Below are positions 1 to 9,754 of a stretch of 64,000 nucleotides of DNA, one piece after another. The stretch's first letter is position 1. Each line of letters starts with the position of its first letter. Location of the stretch: assembly GCA_030753015.1 (NCBI GenBank), contig JASMDC010000003.1, positions 32,001 to 96,000 of the forward strand, in the 5' to 3' direction. This DNA is from Candidatus Undinarchaeales archaeon (GTDB lineage: Archaea > SpSt-1190 > JASMDC01). The position numbers and the translations under genes were made by a program. Below the pieces are notes generated by a model. That model saw only the letters and a list, made by a program, of their open reading frames with translations, did no database searches and was not told the origin of the DNA.

Positions 1-1
1 C

Positions 2-3000
2 GATGATGCCGTTGATGAGCCAGTGGGCTAGCACCTTGCGCTTCACTATGACCGAAACGTGGGAGTAGGTGCTCCCACCAAAACCATCGGTCGTCCTGAG
101 ACTCACCTGGTGGTTTCCGGAGGGGAGATCCAGGAAGGTGCTGGACGAACTGGTCCGGACCACAACGTTCCCGTCCACCAGCACCGAGGTGATGACGTTG
201 GACTGTTGCTGCCAGGTCAGGTCGAATCCCGCATGGACCTCGTCCCCGTCCGAAGGAGAGGAGATCGGTACATCCCAGTCCGCTCCCACCACGTACACGT
301 CGCCAGCAGTCGATGTAACTATGATGTCCCGTCCATCGCCCATGTTGAACACGCCCGATCCGCGGATACCTAGTTCGCGTACGATACGACCCGTGGCGAC
401 GTCGAGAACATAGAGCGTCGGAGACGGTCGCCCGCCCTCGCGCCCCACAAGCGCAGTGAAGGCAAGCTCGCGACGCCCGTCGCCTGTGATGTCGTTGATC
501 GTGGAAACGGCGACCGCGGGCTGGAACTGGTCGACGTCCTTACGTCCCTTGAATAGATGCACCTTATCGATCTCCTGGCCGGAGACGAGGCTGTAGAACG
601 TCACGGTGATATCCCTCTGCCACATGGCGGTGGCGACGACGGCCAGTTCGTTCACACCGTCACCGTCCATGTCCTTGACCACCGTGGCGGGCTCGATGTT
701 ATCGATGCGGAGGGTATCGAGCATCCAGGTCTCCATGGGATGCGGGTACCTCCACCCATCCATGTTGGCACCGGACTGCTTCACGACCAATTCGGGCCCC
801 TGCGGGCCCCACCGCTTGAACTGCATTAGGTCGTCGGCCCCGTCACCGTCGAGGTCACGGACCCAGCGCCCGCCCCCTGAACCATCATCATCCATGGTGA
901 GCACGACCTTCCCGAACCGACTGTCAAGGACAATTAGCTGCTCGGGCATGTCCCTGCGGTGTACGCGCACACCGATGTCCGGACGTCCGTCCCCCGTGGC
1001 ATCGTCCACCAGACGGATGTTCTCCTTGTTGAAGTTAGCCTCCTCAGGACTCCAGCGCCACAACGGCCGCCAGCTTCCTGAGCGCTCGCTCTTGAGCACC
1101 AGCACTTCCTTCCAAGAGGCTAGTAAGAGCTCGTCAATACCATCGTTGTTGAAATCGCCCAATGATCGGAGGACGTTCCGGTCATTTTCGAGGAACGACC
1201 ACTCGAGCTTTTTCACGCGGTCTTCCTCCTCCTTACCGTCCTTGAAAGGATCCTGGAAGGACCATGCTTGGTTGGTCCTTGTGAGGAAGGGTTTCCCGGT
1301 CAGTCCGTCGAGGACGTACACCTCGCGCCAGCCGCTCACGAGCACGTCGTCCACATCGTCCCCGTTGAGGTCTGACAGTGTATCGACGGCCACAACCCGC
1401 TTGCAGATCCGCAGGTTCTGCTCCCGCTCCTTGACCTCCTGACGCATGCTCCTTGCCCGTTCCTCGGCATTCCTGAGCTGGTTACGCTCCTCCTCCTCCT
1501 CAGGAGTGCGCTCCCGCTTCCAGTCGAGACGCTTCAGCCGCTCCGAATCGACCCCCAGCCTCTGGTCGATGATCGACGGATCCTTGAAGATATCGTTCCA
1601 TGTCCCATAGTGGGTTCCATCTGCGACAGGAGTGCGCCAGATGTCAGTTCCCGTGGCGCCGGAGATGAGCACGATGCGGGTCCGATCACCGTACTGGTCC
1701 CCCCAATCCCAGTCGCCTGGAGCTTGGACGAACGCAAGGATATCACGCTTCCCGTCCCCGTCCATATCGTCCGTCAGACGCACCTGCTGGAGCGTCAGAC
1801 CCGAGAGCACGTCCTTGATGGGCACCCGATACTCCCAAGCTTGCTCGTGTGTCGCACCGTCCATGACGAAAAGAAGGCGCGAGGAGCCCTGGTCGTTATT
1901 GTCCTGAGGATTCGTACGCTCGGCGGAGAGCGCTAGGAGGTCCGGATTCTCGTCACCTACAAGGTCGGCTGTGAGGTAGGTAAGCCCCGCATAGCGAGGA
2001 TAGCTCCATTGCACCCGTCCGCGCATGTCTAGCATCACCAGATCGGTGCGGTCGGATGCGAGGACCACACCATCGCCGAATGGCAGCACCCACAGCGATG
2101 ACTTGTCAAGGGCGAGCGTCATGTTCGGCTTATAGGGTGCTAGCTCGGTCATGTTGGCAGCCCACAGACGGCTCATACCTGATGTGGTAGGCATCAGCAG
2201 GGTCTCGCCAATAACAGGGAGGCGCTCGACCTGTTGGAGCCCCGCATCGTGCCGGCTCCACAGGGTGTTCCCCCTGCGCGAGGAAAGGGCCACTAACAGG
2301 CGTTTCTTCCCCATGTATCCCTGGCCGTTCTGTTGCTGCTGCTCGCCCCCACCAGGCCAGGTGGCGGCCACGATATCCTCCTGTCCGTCCCCGTCGATGT
2401 CGGGGATGATTGCGATGCGGAGGTTGAAGTAGTTGTCCATGTCAGGGGTGGTGGGGGATAGAGATTGTCCACGCATCCCCCCTTTGTAGTAGCGTGATAG
2501 CATGAGGGCGTCGTACTCGAGCACGGTGGTGTTCCATTCAACTCGCCCCGCTCGACCATTGATGAGGAGCACATTACCATCCTCGGTAGATACTACAAGG
2601 GAGTCACCAAGGGGGACGATGTCCCAAACGCTCCGCGTGACCGTTCCCATTTCGCGGTCCGATCGAGGATCCCGGAGCACCAGGGGTTCAGCGGCACGGA
2701 TCGACCAGAGCTCCTTTCCTGATCGCGCGTCGATGAGATGGACACGTCCATCCTGGCATCCCGCCGCGATGTCCGGCCAGCCATCACCAGATAGATCTTG
2801 CGTGGCGATGATCCTGAACACGTCGTTCGCTGCATCGAACCGCCAAGACAGTTCGCCCGTGATCCCGTTCAACAGGAGCACAGCTGATCCAGAGGCAGCT
2901 ACGAGGTCCAGAGCACCATCGCCGGTGATATCACCTATGGTTGCCAGATCCCACGTGATGGTCTCGGCATCGGTCCATCGGAGCTGGGGATCGTAGGCCT

Positions 3001-3361
3001 CCACGGTTGGTGTATAGCTCCAGTGGACAGCACCCAGTCCGTCAAGCGCAACGATGTTCGGGAACACCTGGTCCCGTGTCGAGTAATAGAATAGGTCGCC
3101 TGCACGTGCGATGTCCGTAACGGCCGAAGAAGCGGCTAGGAACGCGACGCGCTCTCCTGATGCGTCGATGATGTGGACGCCGCTATCGGTCCCAATGGCG
3201 ATGCGGTCGTCCCACGTCTGTAACGTGGTTATGCTCCCTGATAGCCCGCTCGAGATGTGGGCAACAATGTCCTCGCCCGCGGTCACGATGGGGATGGCGA
3301 GCATGATGGTTACGAGCGCGATAGTCGCCCAAAGGGACCCGTGCGTCCAACTCTCGCTCAC
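2..3361 (-). CDS. Large secreted FG-GAP/PQQ-like beta-propeller repeat protein (>1100 aa, runs off left edge)
   Basis: Absent from ORF track because no stop falls in the window. Hand translation from GTG 3361 gives MSESWTHGSLWATIALVTIMLAIPIVTA (signal peptide), then repeats DITGDGALDLV, DLSGDGWPDIA, DLNGDDVDDVLV, DFNNDGIDELL, DLDGDGADDLM, DMDGDGVNELA, DITGDGRRELA. Frame is consistent to base 2. Confidence 0.85.
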   Translation of the reverse strand, partial: MSESWTHGSLWATIALVTIMLAIPIVTAGEDIVAHISSGLSGSITTLQTWDDRIAIGTDSGVHIIDASGERVAFLAASSAVTDIARAGDLFYYSTRDQVFPNIVALDGLGAVHWSYTPTVEAYDPQLRWTDAETITWDLATIGDITGDGALDLVAASGSAVLLLNGITGELSWRFDAANDVFRIIATQDLSGDGWPDIAAGCQDGRVHLIDARSGKELWSIRAAEPLVLRDPRSDREMGTVTRSVWDIVPLGDSLVVSTEDGNVLLINGRAGRVEWNTTVLEYDALMLSRYYKGGMRGQSLSPTTPDMDNYFNLRIAIIPDIDGDGQEDIVAATWPGGGEQQQQNGQGYMGKKRLLVALSSRRGNTLWSRHDAGLQQVERLPVIGETLLMPTTSGMSRLWAANMTELAPYKPNMTLALDKSSLWVLPFGDGVVLASDRTDLVMLDMRGRVQWSYPRYAGLTYLTADLVGDENPDLLALSAERTNPQDNNDQGSSRLLFVMDGATHEQAWEYRVPIKDVLSGLTLQQVRLTDDMDGDGKRDILAFVQAPGDWDWGDQYGDRTRIVLISGATGTDIWRTPVADGTHYGTWNDIFKDPSIIDQRLGVDSERLKRLDWKRERTPEEEEERNQLRNAEERARSMRQEVKEREQNLRICKRVVAVDTLSDLNGDDVDDVLVSGWREVYVLDGLTGKPFLTRTNQAWSFQDPFKDGKEEEDRVKKLEWSFLENDRNVLRSLGDFNNDGIDELLLASWKEVLVLKSERSGSWRPLWRWSPEEANFNKENIRLVDDATGDGRPDIGVRVHRRDMPEQLIVLDSRFGKVVLTMDDDGSGGGRWVRDLDGDGADDLMQFKRWGPQGPELVVKQSGANMDGWRYPHPMETWMLDTLRIDNIEPATVVKDMDGDGVNELAVVATAMWQRDITVTFYSLVSGQEIDKVHLFKGRKDVDQFQPAVAVSTINDITGDGRRELAFTALVGREGGRPSPTLYVLDVATGRIVRELGIRGSGVFNMGDGRDIIVTSTAGDVYVVGADWDVPISSPSDGDEVHAGFDLTWQQQSNVITSVLVDGNVVVRTSSSSTFLDLPSGNHQVSLRTTDGFGGSTYSHVSVIVKRKVLAHWLINGII

Positions 3362-3379
3362 GTCACGTGAGTGCCGCTG

Positions 3380-3395
3380 CACTTTTAAAAAGACT
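3380..3395 (-). promoter_or_regulatory. Archaeal TATA box for the FG-GAP gene
   Basis: TTTTTAAAA on the minus strand about 25 nt upstream of GTG 3361, in GC-rich context. Confidence 0.5.
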
Positions 3396-3686
3396 CATAC
3401 GTGCGCTAGCGCCCCTTTTAACTAGCGAACGTCAGCAACGGTGCTGGTGTACGACCCTCTGGCGGCGCTCCAGTGGAAATAAGGGGGTGTGACCCTGTTG
3501 CTCAAGATATACTAATCCATTTAACAGAGCACCGCTTTCCTCTTTCCGATGCACACTGAACGGCGGGTCCAGACGCGCCCGCGCTTCTCCTTTTCAGCAG
3601 GGGAGCCCGTCACAGCGTCCGCAGCGCTGGGCTTGAAGGGCAAGCACCCGTCCGGAGCGCATCGTACAAAACACCTGGCAGCAACG

Positions 3687-4724
3687 ATGTTCATAGGAGG
3701 ACGTTACCGTAAGGTGCTTGTCACCCTCTCACCGCACGCCCTGGTTATAGAGCGATGTGACCGGCAGGTCCGCCTCGTTGCGTGCGCTCCCCACGCCATC
3801 GAGCAGGGAGGTGAGGACACTCTGGACCATGATATCTGGACCGGCGAGGAGGCCATCGAACTGCTCCGGTCCGGCGCAGTGGACCGCTGTGTGATATCCC
3901 TTCACAACCGCGGTCTGCTCGACTTCAATCGCTTTCCCTCACAACCCTTCGTCCAGTACGGCCGCACGGTCCGGAATCCACCCTATCGCCAGCCTAATCC
4001 CTACCACGGTTCACTTGACGCGAAGGTTGTGCTCGACCTTCATGGTTTCAGGTCCGGGACCCATAGTCGCGGCATCATCCTCGGCATCGGGAGGGTCGAC
4101 GAACTGACAATGAGAGACAGCAGGTTCGTGGGGGCTGTAAGGAGCAGCGCATCCTTTGGAGCCAACCTCCTTATCAGGATAGCTCGCGAGGCTCTCCGGC
4201 GGAGCCCTGGGATGACGCTGGAGCTGCACGCTTCCCTTGACCTGGTACGGCTCCCCTGTACCGCGGGCAACGTCCCTCGCGTCGTTCTCACCGAAGAGCG
4301 CTTGGTAGAGATGGGATTCGTGAGCGGAGAGCTTGTCGCTCTCGGACTGATCCATGACCGCAGCGGTCGGGTCGCAGGGGTGGAAATATGTCGTGAGGCC
4401 GCGGACACCGACGACGAACTCGTAGTCGAGTCAGGTGATCGTGAACGAGTGGAGCTCCCACGAAAGCTCAAGGTGACGGAGCGGATCGACTTGAGCGGTC
4501 GGCACGTCTTCACGTTCACCGGGCGAGGATTCCGTATTCGTGATGGGAGCGCATTCCGTCGCTATCTCCCGGGATTGCGTAACTACACCTTTCGCTATCT
4601 AGCAAAGAGGGGTGTTGCTTGCGTCCAGGTCGAGCAGACCAAGGGAGTGCGAGAGAGTTTCGCTCAACGGCTATCTGGAGCAGGGTGCGTTTTCCGCGTT
4701 CCAGAGGGTCAACGCTGGATGTAG
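3687..4724 (+). CDS. Hypothetical Zn-amidohydrolase-like protein (N-formylglutamate amidohydrolase / poly-gamma-glutamate hydrolase-like)
   Basis: Motifs APH, DFNR, VLDLHGF and late VQVEQ occur in the order expected for this fold. Start uncertain (3549 or 3687). Confidence 0.45.
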   Translation: MFIGGRYRKVLVTLSPHALVIERCDRQVRLVACAPHAIEQGGEDTLDHDIWTGEEAIELLRSGAVDRCVISLHNRGLLDFNRFPSQPFVQYGRTVRNPPYRQPNPYHGSLDAKVVLDLHGFRSGTHSRGIILGIGRVDELTMRDSRFVGAVRSSASFGANLLIRIAREALRRSPGMTLELHASLDLVRLPCTAGNVPRVVLTEERLVEMGFVSGELVALGLIHDRSGRVAGVEICREAADTDDELVVESGDRERVELPRKLKVTERIDLSGRHVFTFTGRGFRIRDGSAFRRYLPGLRNYTFRYLAKRGVACVQVEQTKGVRESFAQRLSGAGCVFRVPEGQRWM

Positions 4725-7700
4725 GCATCGTAGTTGTAGTACTGACGTGCGCTGTAATAACTGCTGTAGTCAGAGTATGTTGGCGTCGCGGCCGCGGCCT
4801 GTGTCTGGGCAAGAGCGACCGCCGCCTCATCTTGTTTCCGCTTTCGGTATACAATGAGCACGAGGGTGAGCCCTATCAGGGTCACAACAGCGACGAGCGC
4901 GCCCACTGACGAGAGGAAGGACGACGCGTCCTCGTCACCGCCACCCCCGGTCACGACCTCGTCATCACCGCCATCGTCACCCCCATCAGAGCGTGCCCGC
5001 GGGGTCGCGGTGGCTGCTGTTCCCAAGGTGCGTCCGCCACCACCACCATCGTCACGGTCATTGCCAGTACGATGGTCCTTGGTATAGTCGAGCACCGTGC
5101 TGTCCGATCCACTCCCCCCGGTATCGGTATCGGCCCCCGTTCCGTTCCCGGGATCGGGTGACGGCGTGGGCGAGGGGGCCTCATCTTCCTCCTCTTCCTC
5201 CTTAGCAAAAACGTCGATCACCTTGCGGTCGTACCCCTTCAGCTCCATGTACTTGAGCAGGTCGTACCCTGCGGCCTTCTGTGCCCCTTTGTCCTGGTCC
5301 AGGAGATAGCCGGCCCGCTTGCGTCCCATGCAGCCTCCCAGACAGGCGGTGAGGTTAGCGGGCACCGACAGGCACTGATGGCACCGGCCGCATACACCCC
5401 GGTCCTCCTCCTCCGTGTAGACCTTCGCACATATGTCCCCAAGGAGCGCGTTCCCCACGCACTTCGCGACGCACGAATCCTGGCCCAGCGTCGTCACACG
5501 ACCTGCGCAGGAGGAGCACTGCATGCAGGCGCCCATGCACCCGTCGAGTTCAGGATGGTTACCGCAGAACCGAGCGCAGATGGCACCGAGCAGGCGGGAG
5601 CGGTCGACGCACCGTTCCACAAGGCATCGCCAGATCTCTGCAGGGCTCTTCCCTGTATCGCACAGTCGGCACTCGCGGCAGGAACCGTCGGTTATGTTGT
5701 ACTGTCGTGCCAGGGTGCTGCACAACCGCATCCGTTCCATGAACGACCGGATCATCTCCCGGATATGGCTATAGCACTCCTGCCCCCGCATGACGGCGAT
5801 GGCCTTGAGAGCGTACTTGATGGCCCGGATGTACTTCTCGCGCTCGAACTCCTTCTTGGCGTTCTCGATATGCCCACGCACCGCGGCCGCTTTGGAGTGG
5901 TCGCAGATGATGTCCTCGGTACCATCGCGTCCGCTGTAGGACAGCTCGTATAGCTCCTCCGCCTCCCTGATGCGCTCGATGGCCTCCTTGCGCAGAGCGT
6001 CAGGGTCCGTGTTGGCCGTGGGGGTGATGTACTCACCATGTTTGGAGTCCTGGTAGAGCGCGGCGTTCTTGAGCAGCTCGATGGCACGGTCCGCGTACCG
6101 TATGGCGTTACGGTACTCGGCCATCTCGTACTCATCCTCGGCCTTCTCGATGAGCTCCCACGCAACGATCTTGACCTCCTCGTTCGTGCTCTTGGCATGG
6201 AGCGCCTTGGCGGTCTCGATCCGCTGTCGTGCGAGCATAGCCAGCTCGTTCTGCTCCTCGCCTTCCAGACCGGACACCAGGCTCTCCAGGTACTCCTGGA
6301 GCTCGGGATCTGTGTCACGGGCCGCTTCCAAGGGATCCACCATCTTGTAGCAGCCGTCCCTCGTGGCCGTATTGGGGATCAGGTCGCATATTGTCCTTAC
6401 TCGGTCATAGGCCTCGTTGCACATGTCGATGACATCTATGAGCGGGTCCCCTTCCAGTCCGACGTTCTTGGCTCTCTTCCCTTTGTTGCATATCTTTGCT
6501 ACGGTGTTGAATGGAAGGTCGGTCTCTCGTTTGATGGCCTTCAGCTCCCGTTTCTTCGCTTTCTTGGCAGCATTGAGCAGGCAGCCGGACAGGCTTTCAT
6601 CGTCGATGACCGATAGGCAGATGGGCACGGACTCGTAGGGCGCCTTGGACATCTTAAGCTGGGCAATACCGGAGAAGCACGAGTCACGGATCTCCCGGAC
6701 GTTGTCTGGAGAGTGGGGGATACGTTCACATGCATCGATGGCTCTGGGGAATCCACCAAGGTCGTCACGGAACGCTACGTTAGTGGCCACCTGTGTGTAG
6801 CAGTTGCCACGCTCCATCGCCGAGGCGATCCAGGTACCACACACGTCCTCGGCCCTCAACGGTGGTCGGTTGGTGACCACGGCATTGAGCACGTCGTGAT
6901 AGCACTGATCACGGACATGGCGTCCGCGGTTCGTCGTAAGGATGGTGTTGATGCAGTCGCCGTTACCACAGTTGTCAGTGATGCAGGTGCCCGAGTAGTG
7001 CCAGCAGTTCTTTCCCCAGTCGCCGCACCCCTTGTCATTGTGCACGCACTTGGAGCGGAAGCATCCCTCGTCGATGCAGGGGACGTGACGCGCAGCATCC
7101 TTGTTGTAGTACATGGACGAATCCCATTCCTCGTCCTTGGCCTTCACTCTTGAGTTGATCTTGTGGCAGGTGCTCAAGGCCTTGGTGGTGTCAGCGTATC
7201 GCAGGGAGTAAGCTGATGAGCGGTAGCATTCATTGCGGTCGGCCCATAATGATTCAAGGCACTCGGTGTGGCAGTCGTCGCGGTGGCTTGCGGCGATGGC
7301 GTTCTTGTCGCAAGGATCATCGTCAGGGCACGTCACAAGGTTGGGATCACCTTTCTCGTCGCACTTCCATGGATCGGCCGCGCACGTGGTCCCGAAGTCG
7401 ATGATCCGCGTGTCGTAGGACGAGCATCCGCCCACGACGACGTCGGCAGCGATGTCGCCGTACAGCGTGCTTCCGAGAGTGTGATAACATTCGGTGCGCT
7501 TGTACACATAGGGGATGCGGGCACAGTCATCGAAGGCGTACCTGAAAAACTCCCTGTCCGCGAACCGACGCGACATGTCCTTGTAGCAGTTGGTCCTCCG
7601 CAGTAAGGAGCGGAAGTAGGTCCAGCCATTCTCGTAGCCCCACGTGAGCCAGTGGCGCTCATCCGGTTCAAGATCGCACGAGTCGCCTGTGTGGGTCCGG

Positions 7701-9745
7701 TGCTGCTTGTAGACCAGCTTGGGGCCGGGGCCCACGAGGCACTTGTCCCGCTTGTCCCTCTCTGAAGCGCGCCCGCATTCGAAAACGCCGAGGAAGAAGT
7801 CCGGATCATGAGCGTACCCTTCGTAGAAGATGGCGTTGCCCAGGACGCACCCATCCCATTCTTTAGCCCCCTTGGGAAGGCAGGGACGGAGCGTGGGCGT
7901 GCCTTGGCCCATGAGTTCCTCTACCCTGTTGGTGCAATGGGTCTGGATGCGGCTCTCCTCGAAATCAAATTTCTCGTGGTAGGCGATGGACGAGCGGTCG
8001 TATGTGAAGTCGTCCTCCGACCGGGGCATATAGCGTATCTTCTTGACGCACACCTCGTTCTCGCACCGCCCCTCGAAGTCGTCGCATTTGGTGGTGTCAG
8101 GACGGGATATGCACTCGAACGGCCGGGCGATGTCCACACAACGACCGTTGAGGCACGCACCCTCACCCGAGTCGCACGGCACACCGTTCGCCCACTCGCC
8201 GAGGTCCTCAAGCGCGTCATCCTCGTCCAAGGAGGGCTTCGCCTTGGTGACACGCGCAGTCGAGCACATGTCCTCGGGCTCCATGAGAAGAGGCACGCAC
8301 GTATTGTACCAGCAGAGGCCCGTACGATCGCCACAGGGTGCGCCATCGGCTCCCGAGGTGCAGTCCTCGTTCCCCTCCAGTACGGTCCGGATACAGGTCT
8401 CACCGAGGCAGATGCCGAATCCACGGTTGCATCTGTAGCCATCGGTCCCGGCACCTCGGCACTCCCGGTCGCGGGTTCCTGACTGGTCCACACAGGAACC
8501 GTACATGCACTTGCCACGGAAATAGTTACATGGTTGACTGTCCGTCTTTTGGCCGCACCCGTCGAACGGCGAGGCCAGCTCCAAGCAGATACCTTTGAAG
8601 CAGATGCCCAGAGCCGAGTTGCACCCCGTACCGTCCGCGCCACACGCCGCGCCCGGGACATGCTCAAGGCACCGCCCGCCGCCGCAGACACCGAGACCCC
8701 CGTAGCATCCAGCACCGTCGTCCTTGTCCCGACACTCGTCTCGGTACGGGAGGTCGAGCACGCACCATGCGTGCAGGCAGGTCCCCTTGCCCTTCTTGCA
8801 CTTCCTGCCGTTACCCTGTCCAGCGCACTCGTCCGGCTGAGGGAACAGTATCTCCAGACCCTTTTTCTGCCAGCAGATACCGCGTCCATCGGCCACCAGC
8901 TCGCCATCATCGAGCCCCTTGCCTTCGTTACCGCGCTTACACGTGAAGTCGAGCAAATTGTTGCCCCAAACAAGGGCCGCGCATTTCTCTGCGATGCACG
9001 TTCCGAACCCGCCGTTGCAGATGGAGCCATCCGCCTTGCCATGACACTCGTCGTTGTCAGGATTAACAGGGATGCATGGCCCGAGCAAGCAGACGCCCTT
9101 CTCGTTGTCGCAGGAGTCTCTGTCCCCCTTGAAGGTGCATCCGTCGTAAGGATCGATGATCTCCATACAGTGTTTCGCGTGGCACACACCGGTGTGTTTG
9201 GCACAACGCTGGCCGTCCGAACCGTCCCCACAATCGCCCGGCTCCTTCGCGATCGTGGCTCGGCAGGCCCCGGTGACACAGATCCCTTTACTATCACCGC
9301 AGGACTGTCCGTCCTCGCGTCCCGAACATTCCGTACCGGAGACGACGGTGATATTGGTGACCATGCCCGAGCAGATGTCGTACCCGGTCGATTCCTGGTT
9401 ATTGCGTTTGGTATGCTGGATGGCGACATATCGCGCAGCTGTAGCGTTGCGGAGGGTGTCCAGGATAACGTTGAGGATGCCTAACGCAGCATTCGTGTTG
9501 CCGATGTTCGCATAATACTTTACAGCCTCTGTACAGAACTCGTCTCGTGCGATCCCGGCCTGTACCCTGCAGCGCGAGCGGCAGCGGGGCCGAGCGGCTT
9601 CGGACTCGGAGATGCAGCTATCATAGCACGTACTGAGCTGGTCGGAGTAATACCCATTATAGTCCCAATTAATGTTAAAGAAGCCGACCGAAGGAGAGAG
9701 CACCAATATCAGCGCCAGAATGATCGCAACATGTCGTCGGACCAT
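4709..9745 (-). CDS. Giant Cys-rich single-pass surface protein (1678 aa)
   Basis: Signal peptide; 13 four-Cys repeats; C..I....RD.CY repeats; helical repeats; three CxxCxxC repeats; Gly/Asp/Thr linker; C-terminal TM (VGALVAVVTLIGLTLVLIVY-RKRK); Tyr-rich tail. Confidence 0.9.
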   Translation of the reverse strand: MVRRHVAIILALILVLSPSVGFFNINWDYNGYYSDQLSTCYDSCISESEAARPRCRSRCRVQAGIARDEFCTEAVKYYANIGNTNAALGILNVILDTLRNATAARYVAIQHTKRNNQESTGYDICSGMVTNITVVSGTECSGREDGQSCGDSKGICVTGACRATIAKEPGDCGDGSDGQRCAKHTGVCHAKHCMEIIDPYDGCTFKGDRDSCDNEKGVCLLGPCIPVNPDNDECHGKADGSICNGGFGTCIAEKCAALVWGNNLLDFTCKRGNEGKGLDDGELVADGRGICWQKKGLEILFPQPDECAGQGNGRKCKKGKGTCLHAWCVLDLPYRDECRDKDDGAGCYGGLGVCGGGRCLEHVPGAACGADGTGCNSALGICFKGICLELASPFDGCGQKTDSQPCNYFRGKCMYGSCVDQSGTRDRECRGAGTDGYRCNRGFGICLGETCIRTVLEGNEDCTSGADGAPCGDRTGLCWYNTCVPLLMEPEDMCSTARVTKAKPSLDEDDALEDLGEWANGVPCDSGEGACLNGRCVDIARPFECISRPDTTKCDDFEGRCENEVCVKKIRYMPRSEDDFTYDRSSIAYHEKFDFEESRIQTHCTNRVEELMGQGTPTLRPCLPKGAKEWDGCVLGNAIFYEGYAHDPDFFLGVFECGRASERDKRDKCLVGPGPKLVYKQHRTHTGDSCDLEPDERHWLTWGYENGWTYFRSLLRRTNCYKDMSRRFADREFFRYAFDDCARIPYVYKRTECYHTLGSTLYGDIAADVVVGGCSSYDTRIIDFGTTCAADPWKCDEKGDPNLVTCPDDDPCDKNAIAASHRDDCHTECLESLWADRNECYRSSAYSLRYADTTKALSTCHKINSRVKAKDEEWDSSMYYNKDAARHVPCIDEGCFRSKCVHNDKGCGDWGKNCWHYSGTCITDNCGNGDCINTILTTNRGRHVRDQCYHDVLNAVVTNRPPLRAEDVCGTWIASAMERGNCYTQVATNVAFRDDLGGFPRAIDACERIPHSPDNVREIRDSCFSGIAQLKMSKAPYESVPICLSVIDDESLSGCLLNAAKKAKKRELKAIKRETDLPFNTVAKICNKGKRAKNVGLEGDPLIDVIDMCNEAYDRVRTICDLIPNTATRDGCYKMVDPLEAARDTDPELQEYLESLVSGLEGEEQNELAMLARQRIETAKALHAKSTNEEVKIVAWELIEKAEDEYEMAEYRNAIRYADRAIELLKNAALYQDSKHGEYITPTANTDPDALRKEAIERIREAEELYELSYSGRDGTEDIICDHSKAAAVRGHIENAKKEFEREKYIRAIKYALKAIAVMRGQECYSHIREMIRSFMERMRLCSTLARQYNITDGSCRECRLCDTGKSPAEIWRCLVERCVDRSRLLGAICARFCGNHPELDGCMGACMQCSSCAGRVTTLGQDSCVAKCVGNALLGDICAKVYTEEEDRGVCGRCHQCLSVPANLTACLGGCMGRKRAGYLLDQDKGAQKAAGYDLLKYMELKGYDRKVIDVFAKEEEEEDEAPSPTPSPDPGNGTGADTDTGGSGSDSTVLDYTKDHRTGNDRDDGGGGGRTLGTAATATPRARSDGGDDGGDDEVVTGGGGDEDASSFLSSVGALVAVVTLIGLTLVLIVYRKRKQDEAAVALAQTQAAAATPTYSDYSSYYSARQYYNYDAYIQR
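8040..9335 (-). repeat. 13 protein-level tandem repeats C-x4-DG-x2-C-x4-G-x-C-x4-C
   Basis: Examples: ECSGREDGQSCGDSKGICVTGAC, ECHGKADGSICNGGFGTCIAEKC, DCTSGADGAPCGDRTGLCWYNTC. Confidence 0.85.
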
Positions 9746-9754
9746 GAAGGAGCC

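Noticed and set aside
7921-9429. 502-aa alternative-frame ORF and the many other overlapping or antisense ORFs in the track
   Set aside because: Ser/Arg/Thr-rich shadow frames expected in GC-rich coding DNA; no motifs.
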